A DNA stretch of 64,000 bases from Rhodoferax sp. (GTDB lineage Bacteria > Pseudomonadota > Gammaproteobacteria > Burkholderiales > Burkholderiaceae_C): NCBI GenBank assembly GCA_031383745.1, contig JANMZX010000050.1, positions 1,150-65,149 of the forward strand, given 5' to 3'. Positions 10,548 through 21,185 of this stretch are shown one piece after another. The notes under the pieces were generated by a model. That model searched no databases. It saw only the letters and a list, made by a program, of their open reading frames with translations, and was not told the DNA's origin. Every line of letters begins with the position of its first letter. Position 1 is the stretch's first letter. A program made the position numbers and the translations under genes.

Positions 10548-11540
10548 ATGATCGATCCTTCCCAGCCCGACAACCAGTCGGCAACACCCCCGCCCTTGCA
10601 GGCGACACCCACCGCGCCCGGCTGGGAGCGCGCGGCGCTTGAAAAGCTGGCATTCGCGGCCCTGGAGGAGCAGCGTACGGCCCGGCGCTGGCGCACTTTC
10701 GTACGGATTTCCTGGCTGGCGTTTTTTGTGGTCCTGGTGTGGATCGGCTTGCACCGCGGCGGGCCGTCGACAGACGTGTCGTCACCGCACACGGCGCTGG
10801 TGGAGATCACCGGCGAAATCTCGACCGGCGGCGAAGCGAGCGCCGACGTGGTGCTGACGGCGGTGCGGGCAGCGTTCGAGGACGAGGGCGCGCTGGCGGT
10901 CGTCCTGCTGATCAATTCACCGGGCGGCAGCCCGGTGCAGGCAGGCATCATCAACGACGAGTTGGCGCGCCTGAAGACCAAGCACAACAAGCCGGTGTAT
11001 GCGGTGGTGGAGGAAACCTGTGCGTCGGCCGCCTATTACATCGCCGTGTCGGCGGACCGGATATTCGTCAACAAGGCCAGTGTCGTCGGCAGCATCGGCG
11101 TGCTGATGGATGGTTTTGGCTTCACCGGCCTCATGGACAAACTGGGCGTGGAGCGCAGATTGATGACGGCCGGCGAGAACAAGGGCTTCCTCGACCCCTT
11201 CAGCCCGCAGACCGAGCGGCAGCGGGCCTTCGCGCAGACCATGCTGGACCAGATCCACGCCCAGTTCATCGCCGCCGTGAAGGCCGGCCGCGGCAAGCGG
11301 CTCAAGGAGACGCCCGAAACGTTCAGCGGCTTGTTCTGGACTGGCCAGCAGGCGATCGAAATGGGGCTGGCCGACCAGTTGGGCAGCCTGGATTACGTGG
11401 CGCGCGAAATCGTGAAGGCCGAAGATATCGTCGACTACACGCGGCGTGAAAACGTGGCCGAGCGGTTGGTCAAGCGGTTTGGCGCCTCCATCGGTGATGG
11501 CGCGATCAAGGCCCTGCGCGCCACGTCGACGCTGCGCTGA
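10548..11540 (+). CDS. sppA: S49 family signal peptide peptidase (SppA-like)
   Basis: INSPGGSPV, CASAAYYIA, GSIGV motifs; N-terminal TM helix. Confidence 0.9.
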   Translation: MIDPSQPDNQSATPPPLQATPTAPGWERAALEKLAFAALEEQRTARRWRTFVRISWLAFFVVLVWIGLHRGGPSTDVSSPHTALVEITGEISTGGEASADVVLTAVRAAFEDEGALAVVLLINSPGGSPVQAGIINDELARLKTKHNKPVYAVVEETCASAAYYIAVSADRIFVNKASVVGSIGVLMDGFGFTGLMDKLGVERRLMTAGENKGFLDPFSPQTERQRAFAQTMLDQIHAQFIAAVKAGRGKRLKETPETFSGLFWTGQQAIEMGLADQLGSLDYVAREIVKAEDIVDYTRRENVAERLVKRFGASIGDGAIKALRATSTLR

Positions 11541-11558
11541 CGGCGCGCGGCGGCGGCC

Positions 11559-12356
11559 TCAGGGCCCGATGCCGTATACGGCCGGGCTTGCATTGCCCGG
11601 GCCGCGGCCCGGGCCCTGGCTGCGCCATTGGGCGATCGTCGCGCTGTAGGTCTGTGCATCGGGTGTGGTCAGGCCGCTGCTGATGGCAAGCCGCGTACCG
11701 GCGGCCAGGGTCTGCAGCAAGGTCTGCAGCATCGCGGCATTGCGGTAGGGCGTTTCTATGAACAACTGGGTCTGCCCGGTTTTCCTGGCCAGCGCTTCCA
11801 GCTCACGCGCCCTCTGGGCGCGCCCGGCGGCGTCCGCTGGCAGGTAGCCGACAAACGCGAAACTCTGGCCGTTCAGGCCGCTGGCTGCCAGCGCCAGCAT
11901 CAGCGAGACCGGACCGACGAGGGGAACCACTTCCAGTCCCAGGCTGTGGGCTGCGCGCACCACCGATGACCCCGGATCGGCGATCGCGGGCATGCCAGCC
12001 TCGCTGGCCAGCCCCATGTCGTGGCCAGCGCGCGCAGGCGCCAGCAAAGCGGAGGCATCGAAGCCGCCGGCGTGGTCGCCCTTCTTGTGAACCTCGCGCG
12101 GGAGCTCGACGATCTGGAGCGACTGCAACGGCGCAGTCAGCGGATGCACCACATGTACCCGCCTCAGGTAGGCGCGCAGCGACTTGGCGTTTTCGCAGAT
12201 CCAGTGCCCGAGCCCGGCGGCGGTGCGCAGCGTGGCGGCGGGCATCTGGTCCGGCAACGCCGACAGATTCTGGCAACCGAAATCCAGCGGCGCGGGAACC
12301 AGGAACAGCCGGCCCGCCGGTCGCGCCTGCTGCATCGGAGCCGCCTGGGTGCTCAC
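11559..12356 (-). CDS. SAM-dependent tetrapyrrole-methylase family protein (RsmI-like paralogue)
   Basis: SEAGMPAIADPG, VPLVGPVS...ALAASGL, FIETPYRN. Confidence 0.85.
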   Translation of the reverse strand: MSTQAAPMQQARPAGRLFLVPAPLDFGCQNLSALPDQMPAATLRTAAGLGHWICENAKSLRAYLRRVHVVHPLTAPLQSLQIVELPREVHKKGDHAGGFDASALLAPARAGHDMGLASEAGMPAIADPGSSVVRAAHSLGLEVVPLVGPVSLMLALAASGLNGQSFAFVGYLPADAAGRAQRARELEALARKTGQTQLFIETPYRNAAMLQTLLQTLAAGTRLAISSGLTTPDAQTYSATIAQWRSQGPGRGPGNASPAVYGIGP

Positions 12357-12946
12357 AACACGGCCACGCCGGCTTGACGCAGCAGGCGGCAGGTGCGGAT
12401 CAGGGGCAGGCCGACCAGCGCCGTGGGGTCGTCGCTGACGATGGCGTCCAGCAAGGCGATCCCCAGGCCCTCGCTCTTGGCGCTACCGGCGCAGTCATAA
12501 GGCGTTTCAGCCAGCAGATAGGCCTCGATCTCCGCGTCGGCGAGTGTACGGAAACGCACTTGCACCTGGGCCAGTTCCAGCCCGGAGAAGCCGCTGGCCC
12601 GGCAGACCACCGCGACAGCGGTCTGGAAGACGATATCCTGGCCGCTCATGCGGCGAAGCTGCGCCACCGCCACCTCATGCACCAGGGGTTTGCCGAGCGG
12701 GGTGCCATGGTGGTCGGCGACCTGGTCCGACCCGATCACGACGGCGTCGGGGTGCTCGCGGGCCACCGCCTGCGCCTTTGCCATGGCGAGGCGGCACGCC
12801 AGATCCCTGGGTGTTTCTCCAGCCAGCGGGGTTTCGTCCACCTGAGGCGCCACGACATCGAATCGCAGGCGCAGACGCGCCAGCAACTCGCGCCGGTAGG
12901 GAGATGTCGAGCCCAGGATCACCGGGCGGTGTGGCGCTTCTGTCAT
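12353..12946 (-). CDS. maf: Maf family nucleoside triphosphate pyrophosphatase (YceF type)
   Basis: ILGSTSPYRRELL, VIGSDQV, DCAGSAKSEGLG; divergent from yceD. Confidence 0.93.
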   Translation of the reverse strand: MTEAPHRPVILGSTSPYRRELLARLRLRFDVVAPQVDETPLAGETPRDLACRLAMAKAQAVAREHPDAVVIGSDQVADHHGTPLGKPLVHEVAVAQLRRMSGQDIVFQTAVAVVCRASGFSGLELAQVQVRFRTLADAEIEAYLLAETPYDCAGSAKSEGLGIALLDAIVSDDPTALVGLPLIRTCRLLRQAGVAVL

Positions 12947-12971
12947 GTGGTGATTCTCTTACACTCGACCC

Positions 12972-13517
12972 ATGACCAAAGAGCTTGCAGCCCCGCGCCT
13001 GGATGGGCGTGCCTTCGCGCAGGGCGCCGGCAATCTGTCGGGCTGGGAGCCACTGGCCCGCTTTCCCAGGATCGTGGACGCCAGCGCGCACGAGGCGCCC
13101 GACGGGTTGGTCCATTGGGAGGCGCGGGGCGAAGCGCGGCAAAGTGCGATCGGCCAGCCGGAGCTGTGGATGCACCTCGACGCCGATGCCCGGGGGCCCC
13201 AGGTGTGCCAGCGCTGCCTTGGGGCGATGCAGGTGCATCTGCAGGTGGAACGGTGGTTCCGGTTCGTCGAGGACGAGGCCAGTGCCACCGCGCAGGACGA
13301 AACCTGCGAAGAGGACCTGCTCGTGCTGGACCATGATTTCGACCTGCATGGGCTGATCGAGGACGAGCTTTTGCTGGAACTGCCCTACATTGCGCGGCAC
13401 GAGGCGTGCCCCACGCAGCCGACGATGTCTGTCAGCGATCCGGCGTTCGTCGCCGAGCCGGTGCGACCGAACCCGTTTGCCGCACTTGCGTCATTGAAGC
13501 CTGGCAAGAGCAGCTGA
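12972..13517 (+). CDS. yceD: YceD/DUF177 ribosome-accumulation protein
   Basis: [26 protein letters not shown]; upstream of rpmF. Confidence 0.9.
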   Translation: MTKELAAPRLDGRAFAQGAGNLSGWEPLARFPRIVDASAHEAPDGLVHWEARGEARQSAIGQPELWMHLDADARGPQVCQRCLGAMQVHLQVERWFRFVEDEASATAQDETCEEDLLVLDHDFDLHGLIEDELLLELPYIARHEACPTQPTMSVSDPAFVAEPVRPNPFAALASLKPGKSS

Positions 13518-13626
13518 AGCAGCGAGTTGGGTTATACTCGAAGGCTTCGCATGGCGCATCCAGTCTGCGACCCCATCAACCCGGCGTGTCCAGTCCTGGC
13601 CACGTCAAAGCACCAAGGAGCGGATC

Positions 13627-13809
13627 ATGGCCGTCCAACAAAACAAGAAGTCCCCGTCCAAGCGCGGAATGCACCGGTCGCACAATGCCCTGGTGGTGCC
13701 CGGTATCGCCGTGGAACCCACCACCGGTGAAACGCATCTGCGCCACCATATCAGCCCGACGGGTTTCTACCGCGGCCGCAAGGTCATCAAGACAAAAGCC
13801 GAAGCCTGA
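13627..13809 (+). CDS. rpmF: 50S ribosomal protein L32
   Basis: [19 protein letters not shown]...[17 protein letters not shown] (form lacking Zn-ligand cysteines). Confidence 0.97.
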   Translation: MAVQQNKKSPSKRGMHRSHNALVVPGIAVEPTTGETHLRHHISPTGFYRGRKVIKTKAEA

Positions 13810-13827
13810 CACGCATTCATGCACGCG

Positions 13828-13864
13828 AGCCCGACGCTATCTTCATGGTAGCGCCGGGCTTTTG
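13828..13864 (+). terminator. Probable intrinsic terminator after rpmF
   Basis: AGCCCG-A-CGCTATC/TTCAT/GGTAGCG-C-CGGGCT followed by TTTG. Confidence 0.6.
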
Positions 13865-13916
13865 CATTGATGGCGCGCCCTGTGGCCGTCCGTCGCGGCA
13901 CGTGCCCTGACCGTTG

Positions 13917-14972
13917 ATGACAACCATTGCCGTCGATTGCATGGGGGGGGACCACGGACCGGCCGTGACCCTGGTCGCCTGCCGCAACTTCCTGTCGCAC
14001 CACCCCGACGCCAGACTCATTCTTGTCGGCCTGCCGGAGCAACTGGCCGGGTTCGCGGATCCCAGGGCCACGGTCGTCGCGGCCAGCGAGGTGGTTGGAA
14101 TGGACGACCCGGTCGAGGTCGCCTTGCGGCGCAAGAAGGACTCCTCGATGCGGGTGGCCGTGCAACAGGTCAAGGACGGCCTCGCGCAGGCGGCGGTCTC
14201 TGCCGGCAATACCGGCGCGCTGATGGCCATTTCCCGCTACCTGCTCAAGACCATCGACGGCATCGACCGGCCCGCGATTGCTACCCAGCTACCCAACGCC
14301 CGGGGGGGCGCCACCACGGTGCTCGATCTGGGCGCCAACGTCGATTGTTCTGCCGAGCATCTGCTGCAGTTCGCTTTCATGGGTTCGGCACTGGTCTCGG
14401 CACTCAGGGACGACAGCAACCCGTCGGTGGGGCTGCTCAACATCGGTGAGGAGGTCATCAAGGGCAACGAGACCATCAAGAAAGCCGGCGAGTTGTTGCG
14501 CGCCGCCCACGCTGCGGGCAGCCTGCGGTTCTTTGGAAACGTCGAAGGCAACGACATCTTCAAGGGCACCGTCGATATCGTGGTGTGCGACGGGTTTGTG
14601 GGCAATGTCGCATTGAAGGCGACCGAAGGCGTCGCGACGATGATCGGCGACTTCCTGCGTGCAGAGTTTTCCCGCTCGATCTGGACCCGTCTTGCGGCAC
14701 TGGTCGCGTATCCGGTGCTGACGGCGTTCAAGCGCCGCGTGGACCACCGGCGCTACAACGGTGCCGCGCTGCTTGGATTGCGCGGGCTGGTCTTCAAGAG
14801 CCACGGGTCGGCCGACCCCGTGGCGTTCGAGCACGCCCTGGGGCGCGCGTATGATGCTGCTCGACATCAACTGCTTGAGCGTGTCCAGACCCGCATCGCC
14901 CTCGCGAGGCCCCTGTTGTCGGTCGGTGCGGTGACGGTTCAGGCGACATCGGACAATCAAGAAAGCGCATGA
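13917..14972 (+). CDS. plsX: Phosphate acyltransferase PlsX
   Basis: [35 protein letters not shown]-like FKSHGSAD. Confidence 0.96.
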   Translation: MTTIAVDCMGGDHGPAVTLVACRNFLSHHPDARLILVGLPEQLAGFADPRATVVAASEVVGMDDPVEVALRRKKDSSMRVAVQQVKDGLAQAAVSAGNTGALMAISRYLLKTIDGIDRPAIATQLPNARGGATTVLDLGANVDCSAEHLLQFAFMGSALVSALRDDSNPSVGLLNIGEEVIKGNETIKKAGELLRAAHAAGSLRFFGNVEGNDIFKGTVDIVVCDGFVGNVALKATEGVATMIGDFLRAEFSRSIWTRLAALVAYPVLTAFKRRVDHRRYNGAALLGLRGLVFKSHGSADPVAFEHALGRAYDAARHQLLERVQTRIALARPLLSVGAVTVQATSDNQESA

Positions 14973-15946
14973 GACGATATTCCAGAATCACCGGCACCGG
15001 CAGTTACCTTCCCCCGCGTCGTCTGAGCAATGCCGACCTTGTCCAGGAACTGGCATCCAAGGGCGTGGAAACCAGTGATGACTGGATCGTGGAGCGTACC
15101 GGTATCCGAGCCCGCCATTTCGCGGCTCCCGAGGCGTGCACCAGCGACCTGGCCCTGCAGGCTGCCAGGAATGCGCTCGCGGCGGCCGGGCGCGAGCCGG
15201 GCGAGATCGATCTGATCATCGTCGCCACGTCGACGCCTGACATGGTCTTCCCGTCGACCGCCTGTATCCTCCAGCACAAGCTGGGTGCGGCCGGTGGGGC
15301 GGCATTCGATGTGCAAGCCGTTTGCAGCGGTTTCGTATATGCCTTGACCATCGCCGATGCGATGATCCAGACTGGTTCCGCGTCGCGTGCGCTCGTGATT
15401 GGTGCCGAGGTTTTTTCCCGTATCCTCGATTTCAGCGACCGCACCACCTGCGTGCTGTTTGGCGATGGCGCGGGGGCTGTGGTGCTTGAGGCATCGGACT
15501 CCCCGGGCATCCTTGCCACCGACCTGCATGCCGACGGCAAGCATGTCGACATCCTGTGTGTGCCCGGCAGTGTGTCGGGTGGGCAAGTCATCGGCGAACC
15601 GTTGCTGAAGATGGACGGCCAAGCGGTCTTCAAGCTGGCTGTCGGGGTGCTGGAAGAGTCGGCCCGTGCGGTTCTGGCAAAGGCCGGCAAGGCAGCATCG
15701 GACCTCGACTGGCTGATCCCCCACCAGGCCAACATCCGTATCATGCAAAGTACTGCGAAGCGGTTGAAGCTGTCGATGGAGCGCGTCATGGTCACCGTCG
15801 ACCAGCACGGCAATACGTCGGCTGCGTCGATTCCGCTTGCGCTCGATGCCGGGGTGCGTGCGGGCAAGATCCGGCCCGGGCAGTTGCTGATGCTCGAAGG
15901 TGTCGGCGGCGGGTTCACCTGGGGTTCCGTACTGTTGAATCTGTAG
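14969..15946 (+). CDS. fabH: Beta-ketoacyl-ACP synthase III
   Basis: DVQAVCSGF (Cys), PHQANIRI (His), HGNTSAAS (Asn). Confidence 0.97.
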   Translation: MRRYSRITGTGSYLPPRRLSNADLVQELASKGVETSDDWIVERTGIRARHFAAPEACTSDLALQAARNALAAAGREPGEIDLIIVATSTPDMVFPSTACILQHKLGAAGGAAFDVQAVCSGFVYALTIADAMIQTGSASRALVIGAEVFSRILDFSDRTTCVLFGDGAGAVVLEASDSPGILATDLHADGKHVDILCVPGSVSGGQVIGEPLLKMDGQAVFKLAVGVLEESARAVLAKAGKAASDLDWLIPHQANIRIMQSTAKRLKLSMERVMVTVDQHGNTSAASIPLALDAGVRAGKIRPGQLLMLEGVGGGFTWGSVLLNL

Positions 15947-15952
15947 GGCAAG

Positions 15953-16915
15953 ATGAAACCGTTTGCTTTTGTATTTCCGGGCCAGGGATCGCAGTCAGTC
16001 GGCATGCTTGACGCCTGGGGTGACGACCCTGTGGTGGCCGCAACGCTGGCGGAGGCGTCCGACGCGCTGCACGAGGACCTCGGCGCGCTGATCCACCACG
16101 GCCCGAAGGAGGCGCTGGCGCTGACCACCAATACCCAGCCGGTGATGCTGGTGGCGGGTGTGGCCATCTACCGGGTGTGGATGGCCCGCACCGGTGCGTT
16201 GCCTGCGGCGGTCGCCGGTCACTCGCTGGGCGAGTACTCCGCGTTGGTGGCTGCGGGCGTGGTCACGCTGGCGCAGGCGGCACCACTTGTCCGGTTGCGG
16301 GCGCGCGCCATGCAGGATGCGGTTCCCGTCGGTGCCGGGGCCATGGCCGCGGTGTTGGGCCTGGATGCCCAAAAAGTCGTCGCGGTGTGTGCCGAAGTGA
16401 CGGCCGGCTTTACCGCCGACAGCGGCGAACAGGTCCAGGCGGCGAATTTCAACGAGCCTCTGCAGACCGTGATTGCCGGCACCAAGGCTGCGGTCGACAG
16501 GGCCTGCGAAGCCCTCAAGGCCAGCGGTGCCCGGCGGGCCTTGTCGCTGCCGGTGTCGGCGCCGTTCCATTCCGCACTGATGCGCCCGGCGGCCGAAAAA
16601 CTCCGTGAAGCGCTGGCTGCCATGGAACTGAAAAAGCCCGCGATAGACCTTGTGAACAACGTCGACGTGGCGACGGAAGTCGACGTGCAGCGAATTCGTG
16701 ACGCGCTGTATCGCCAGGCGTTCGGTCCGGTGCGGTGGGTCGAGTGTGTGCAGGCGCTGCGTGCGCGCGGGTTGTCGCATATTGTCGAATGTGGTCCGGG
16801 CAAGGTTCTGGCAGGCATGGTGTCGCGCATCGACCCGACGATGACAGGCATGTCGCTGGTGGAGCCGGCGGGCCTGCTCACCGTCGAGATGGCCTTGAAC
16901 GGTGTTGTGCAATGA
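15953..16915 (+). CDS. fabD: Malonyl-CoA:ACP transacylase
   Basis: FPGQGSQ, GHSLGEY, VSAPFHS. Confidence 0.97.
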   Translation: MKPFAFVFPGQGSQSVGMLDAWGDDPVVAATLAEASDALHEDLGALIHHGPKEALALTTNTQPVMLVAGVAIYRVWMARTGALPAAVAGHSLGEYSALVAAGVVTLAQAAPLVRLRARAMQDAVPVGAGAMAAVLGLDAQKVVAVCAEVTAGFTADSGEQVQAANFNEPLQTVIAGTKAAVDRACEALKASGARRALSLPVSAPFHSALMRPAAEKLREALAAMELKKPAIDLVNNVDVATEVDVQRIRDALYRQAFGPVRWVECVQALRARGLSHIVECGPGKVLAGMVSRIDPTMTGMSLVEPAGLLTVEMALNGVVQ

Positions 16916-17658
16916 GTGGCGCCGATACGCAGGCTCAGATCGCCCTTGTTACCGGGGCATCGCGCGGCATCGGCCGGGCGATCGCATTGGAACTGGCTAC
17001 GCAAGGGTATCGCGTGTCGGGCACTGCGACGACGGCGGCTGGCGCGGCGTCGATCAGCGCCGATCTGGCGCAGTTTGCCGGTTGCTCGGGGGAGGTGCTG
17101 GACGTGACGGACCTCGTGTCGGCAGAGGCACTGGTCGAGCGCATGGTGCGCACCCAGGGTGGCCTGCATGTGCTGGTGAACAATGCGGGCATCACGCGCG
17201 ACATGCTGGCCATGCGACTGAAGGACGAGGATTGGGATGCAGTGATCGACACCAATCTCAAGGCCGTCTTTCGCATGAGTCGCGCTGTCATGCGCACCAT
17301 GATGAAACAACGCTACGGCCGTATTGTGAACATCACGTCCGTGGTGGGAGCTTCCGGCAATGCCGGGCAAAGCAACTACGCAGCCGCTAAGGCCGGGGTG
17401 GCTGGCATGACGCGCGCGCTGGCGCGGGAACTGGGTTCACGCAATATCACGGTCAACTGTGTTGCGCCCGGTTTCATCGAGACCGACATGACCGCGTCGC
17501 TGCCGCCCGAGCAACACAAGGCGCTGCTGGCCCAGGTGCCGGCGGGTCGCCTTGGCATCGCGTCAGAAGTCGCCCATGCAGTGGCGTATCTGGCATCGCC
17601 CCGAGCGGCGTACGTCACTGGCCAGGAGCTGCACGTGAACGGCGGCATGTACATGTAG
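16912..17658 (+). CDS. fabG: 3-oxoacyl-ACP reductase
   Basis: TGASRGIG, NNAGITRD, YAAAK; ATGA overlap with fabD. Confidence 0.97.
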   Translation: MSGADTQAQIALVTGASRGIGRAIALELATQGYRVSGTATTAAGAASISADLAQFAGCSGEVLDVTDLVSAEALVERMVRTQGGLHVLVNNAGITRDMLAMRLKDEDWDAVIDTNLKAVFRMSRAVMRTMMKQRYGRIVNITSVVGASGNAGQSNYAAAKAGVAGMTRALARELGSRNITVNCVAPGFIETDMTASLPPEQHKALLAQVPAGRLGIASEVAHAVAYLASPRAAYVTGQELHVNGGMYM

Positions 17659-17738
17659 CGCGGTACGGCAGGGCCTCGGGTCTTGCCAACGGCACCAGCA
17701 GATCCGGGGCTGCCTCTGGAGGCGGCTAAAATCCTTAA

Positions 17739-18005
<267 letters not shown>

Positions 18006-18102
18006 AGCAGCGGGTCGCCCGGGCGGCCCCTGATGCTTGTTTCGCGTCTGCGCACGATCGCCGGGTTGCGCAATCGATCATTGATTACCTGGAACAGAGT
18101 CC

Positions 18103-19347
18103 ATGTCCCGTCGTCGAGTCGTTGTCACTGGTTTGGGGTGTATCAGCCCGGTTGGAAATACCGTCGGCGAAGCCTGGGGCAGCCTGCTTGCGGGAAAGTC
18201 CGGCATCGACCTGATCACAAAGTTCGACGCCTCGAATTTCGCTTGCCGGTTCGCCGGTGAAGTGAAGGGTTTTGACCTCGAGTCCTACATCCGCGCCAAG
18301 GAGGCGCGGACGATGGATTCATTTATCCACTTTGGCATTGCAGCCGCCGCTCAGGCCGTGGCGGATGCCGGCCTTCCTACCGGTGATGCGTTGGGCGACG
18401 AGCTGGCAACCCGCATTGGCTGCGTGATCGGTTCCGGTATCGGGGGTTTGCCCTTGATCGAGGCGACCCGGGACGAACTGACTGCCCGTGGCCCGCGCCG
18501 GATCTCTCCATTTTTTGTGCCCGCCTCCATCATCAACATGATCGCCGGGCACGTGTCCATGCGTTTTGGCTTCAAGGGCCCCAATCTCGCGATCGTGACC
18601 GCCTGCACGACGGGCCTGCATTGCATCGGCGAAGCCGGCCGGATGATCGAATACGGCGACGCCGACGTGATCGTCGCAGGCGGCTCCGAGGCGACCGTGT
18701 CCCCTCTGGGCATCGGAGGGTTTGCCGCGATGCGGGCCCTGTCGACGCGCAATGACGACCCGTCCACGGCGTCCAGGCCCTGGGACCGCGACCGCGACGG
18801 CTTCGTGCTGGGTGAAGGCGCGGGTGTCCTGGTCCTGGAGGAGCTGGAACACGCGAAGGCCCGTGGCGCCCGCATCTACGCCGAGCTGGCCGGATTCGGT
18901 ATGAGTGCCGATGCCGGCCACATGACCGCTCCGAACATGGACGGCCCGCGGCGGGCCATGCTCAGCGCGTTGCGCAATGCAGGCGTCAATCCGGACGAGG
19001 TCGACTACCTCAACGCCCATGGCACGTCGACGCCGCTGGGCGACCTCAACGAAACCAATGCGATCAAGGCAGCCCTGGGCGACCACGCCAGGAAGATAGT
19101 CGTCAATTCGACCAAGTCGATGACCGGCCATCTGCTGGGTGGCGCGGGCGGGATCGAGTCGGTGTTCACCGTGCTGGCGGTGCACCACCAGAAGAGCCCG
19201 CCAACCACCAACATCTTCAACCAGGATCCGGAGTGTGATCTGGACTACTGCGCGAACGTGGCGCGCGACATGAAGATCGACGTGGCGGTCAAGAACAACT
19301 TTGGCTTTGGCGGCACCAATGGAAGCCTGGTGTTTCGCCGCCATTAG
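18103..19347 (+). CDS. fabF: Beta-ketoacyl-ACP synthase II
   Basis: TACTTG, NAHGTST, KSMTGHLLG, NNFGFGGTN. Confidence 0.97.
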   Translation: MSRRRVVVTGLGCISPVGNTVGEAWGSLLAGKSGIDLITKFDASNFACRFAGEVKGFDLESYIRAKEARTMDSFIHFGIAAAAQAVADAGLPTGDALGDELATRIGCVIGSGIGGLPLIEATRDELTARGPRRISPFFVPASIINMIAGHVSMRFGFKGPNLAIVTACTTGLHCIGEAGRMIEYGDADVIVAGGSEATVSPLGIGGFAAMRALSTRNDDPSTASRPWDRDRDGFVLGEGAGVLVLEELEHAKARGARIYAELAGFGMSADAGHMTAPNMDGPRRAMLSALRNAGVNPDEVDYLNAHGTSTPLGDLNETNAIKAALGDHARKIVVNSTKSMTGHLLGGAGGIESVFTVLAVHHQKSPPTTNIFNQDPECDLDYCANVARDMKIDVAVKNNFGFGGTNGSLVFRRH

Positions 19348-19400
19348 CCCTCACGGGTGGTGTGTCGCCGTCTCCTGACAGGTTTCGGCACGTCCCGCAG

Positions 19401-19883
19401 ATGCATCATGCCCCCAAGATCCACTGGCAAGTTGCCCGACTGCGGGTGCACGCAGTTGTCCTGGTGGGGCTTTGGCTCGCCGGGGTGATTGCATGTGCCG
19501 CGTGGTGGTTCACCGGTGGTGTTGGCGGGCAGTTGCTGGCTTGTGCCTGTGTCGTCGTGCTCGCCAGCGGCGTGGTGTCGGTGCGAAGCTGGTCCAGGGC
19601 GGTTCCTGGATCCCTGGTCTGGGATGGCAAGACATGGGCATGGCTGGCGCAGGCCCAGAGCGCCGTCCACGGGGACGTGGCGGTGAGCGTCGACTTCCAG
19701 CGCGTGATGCTGCTGAGGTTCGCCGGCGCCTCTGGCGGTGTGTGGTGGTTGTGGGTTGCGCCCGGTGAGCACGCGGCGCAGTGGCGCGCGTTGCGGCGGG
19801 CGCTGTTCGCCGGCCAGGTGGACGGCGCATCCCGGTCGCCTGCGCCAGGCACCGGGCACCCTGTGGATCCGGCTCCCCGCTGA
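19401..19883 (+). CDS. Small membrane protein, YgfX-like
   Basis: Two N-terminal TM helices, LVWDG..W, WRALRRAL at the C-terminus. The family call rests on recalled pattern only. Confidence 0.6.
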   Translation: MHHAPKIHWQVARLRVHAVVLVGLWLAGVIACAAWWFTGGVGGQLLACACVVVLASGVVSVRSWSRAVPGSLVWDGKTWAWLAQAQSAVHGDVAVSVDFQRVMLLRFAGASGGVWWLWVAPGEHAAQWRALRRALFAGQVDGASRSPAPGTGHPVDPAPR

Positions 19884-19885
19884 CC

Positions 19886-20527
19886 ATGGCCGGGCCGACG
19901 CCGTTTCCGCCGCTGGTCACCGCCCCGAACACCAGCGATCTGTTGCTGGTGGAGAAGACGCTGGCGGGTGATCAAAGGGCTTTCGAGCTCCTGGTGATCA
20001 AGTACCAGTCCCGCATCCAGCGCCTGATCGGACGCATGGTCCGCGATGTGGACCTGGTCGAGGACATCGCGCAGGAAACCTTCATCCGCGCCTATCGTGC
20101 GCTGCACCAGTTTCGTGGTGATGCCCAGTTCTATACCTGGTTGTACCGGATTGCTGTCAACACGGCCAAAAAATCCTTGATGGACCTGAAGCACGAGCCT
20201 ACAGTTCTGCAAGGTGGATCGCGCGATTCCGACGAAGAGGATGAAACTTCCCAGCCCAGAAATGAACCAACAACCGATGAAACACCGGAGTCGGTTCTGG
20301 CTGCGAAGGAAATCGGCAATGTGGTGAACGCCGCGATGGAGGCATTGCCGGATGATCTGCGGCAGGCTGTCACGCTGCGCGAGATCGAAGGCCTGAGTTA
20401 TGACGAGATTGCCGTGATCATGAACTGCCCCATCGGGACTGTCCGTTCAAGGATTTTCAGGGCGCGCGAGGCGATATCGGCCCGGATTCGCCCGATGCTG
20501 GAAAACCAGAGCGGGAGACGCTGGTAA
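19886..20527 (+). CDS. rpoE: ECF sigma factor sigma-E
   Basis: AFELLVIKYQ, QETFIRAYRAL, FYTWLYRIAVNTA, REIEGLSYDEIA...GTVRSRIFRAR. Confidence 0.97.
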   Translation: MAGPTPFPPLVTAPNTSDLLLVEKTLAGDQRAFELLVIKYQSRIQRLIGRMVRDVDLVEDIAQETFIRAYRALHQFRGDAQFYTWLYRIAVNTAKKSLMDLKHEPTVLQGGSRDSDEEDETSQPRNEPTTDETPESVLAAKEIGNVVNAAMEALPDDLRQAVTLREIEGLSYDEIAVIMNCPIGTVRSRIFRAREAISARIRPMLENQSGRRW

Positions 20528-20549
20528 TGCGAAACGAGGTATACGCACC

Positions 20550-21176
20550 ATGACGAGAGACGTTGCAGGGAGTGGGGAACTGGTATCTGCACTGGTGGAC
20601 GGCGAATTGGCCGTCGGCGATCTGCCGTCGGCCATGGATGCGGTGGCGGGCACACCGGAGGGGTGTGCCAGGTGGCAGTCTTACCACCTGATCGGCGACG
20701 CCTTGCGTGGTTCCGCGCAGGTTTCCGCATTGGACGGCCAGGCCTTCGTGGCGCGCCTGCGTGGCCGCCTCGCGGCCCAGGAAGATCTGCGGCCCGCGGT
20801 CCGAATGGCCGAGCCGGCCGACGTCAGTGTGGTGGCGAATACACGGGTGGGCGTGAATGACCCGGTCGTGCGCTGGAAGTTCGCGGCCGGGCTGGCCTCG
20901 CTCGCCGCGTTGCTGACGTTGGGCTGGCATGTCGCCAGCCTGGACGCCGGTGCCGGCATCGTCGCGCAGAACGCTCCCGGAGCCCGGGCCCAGACGCTTG
21001 CAAAGGCTCCGGTTGTCGAGGCCCCGCCACAGGTGCCGGCGGCGGCCCCCGTGATGCTGCGCGATGCACGGCTGGATGAACTGCTGGCGGCGCACAAGCA
21101 ATTCGGCGGCACGTCGGCCCTGCAGATGCCGGCCGGTTTCTTGCGCAACGCGACCTTTGATGGCGCGGACCGCTAG
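20550..21176 (+). CDS. rseA: Anti-sigma-E factor RseA/MucA
   Basis: LVSALVDGEL, WQSYHLIGDALR, single TM helix; follows rpoE. Confidence 0.9.
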   Translation: MTRDVAGSGELVSALVDGELAVGDLPSAMDAVAGTPEGCARWQSYHLIGDALRGSAQVSALDGQAFVARLRGRLAAQEDLRPAVRMAEPADVSVVANTRVGVNDPVVRWKFAAGLASLAALLTLGWHVASLDAGAGIVAQNAPGARAQTLAKAPVVEAPPQVPAAAPVMLRDARLDELLAAHKQFGGTSALQMPAGFLRNATFDGADR

Positions 21177-21185
21177 CGCAGCGCC

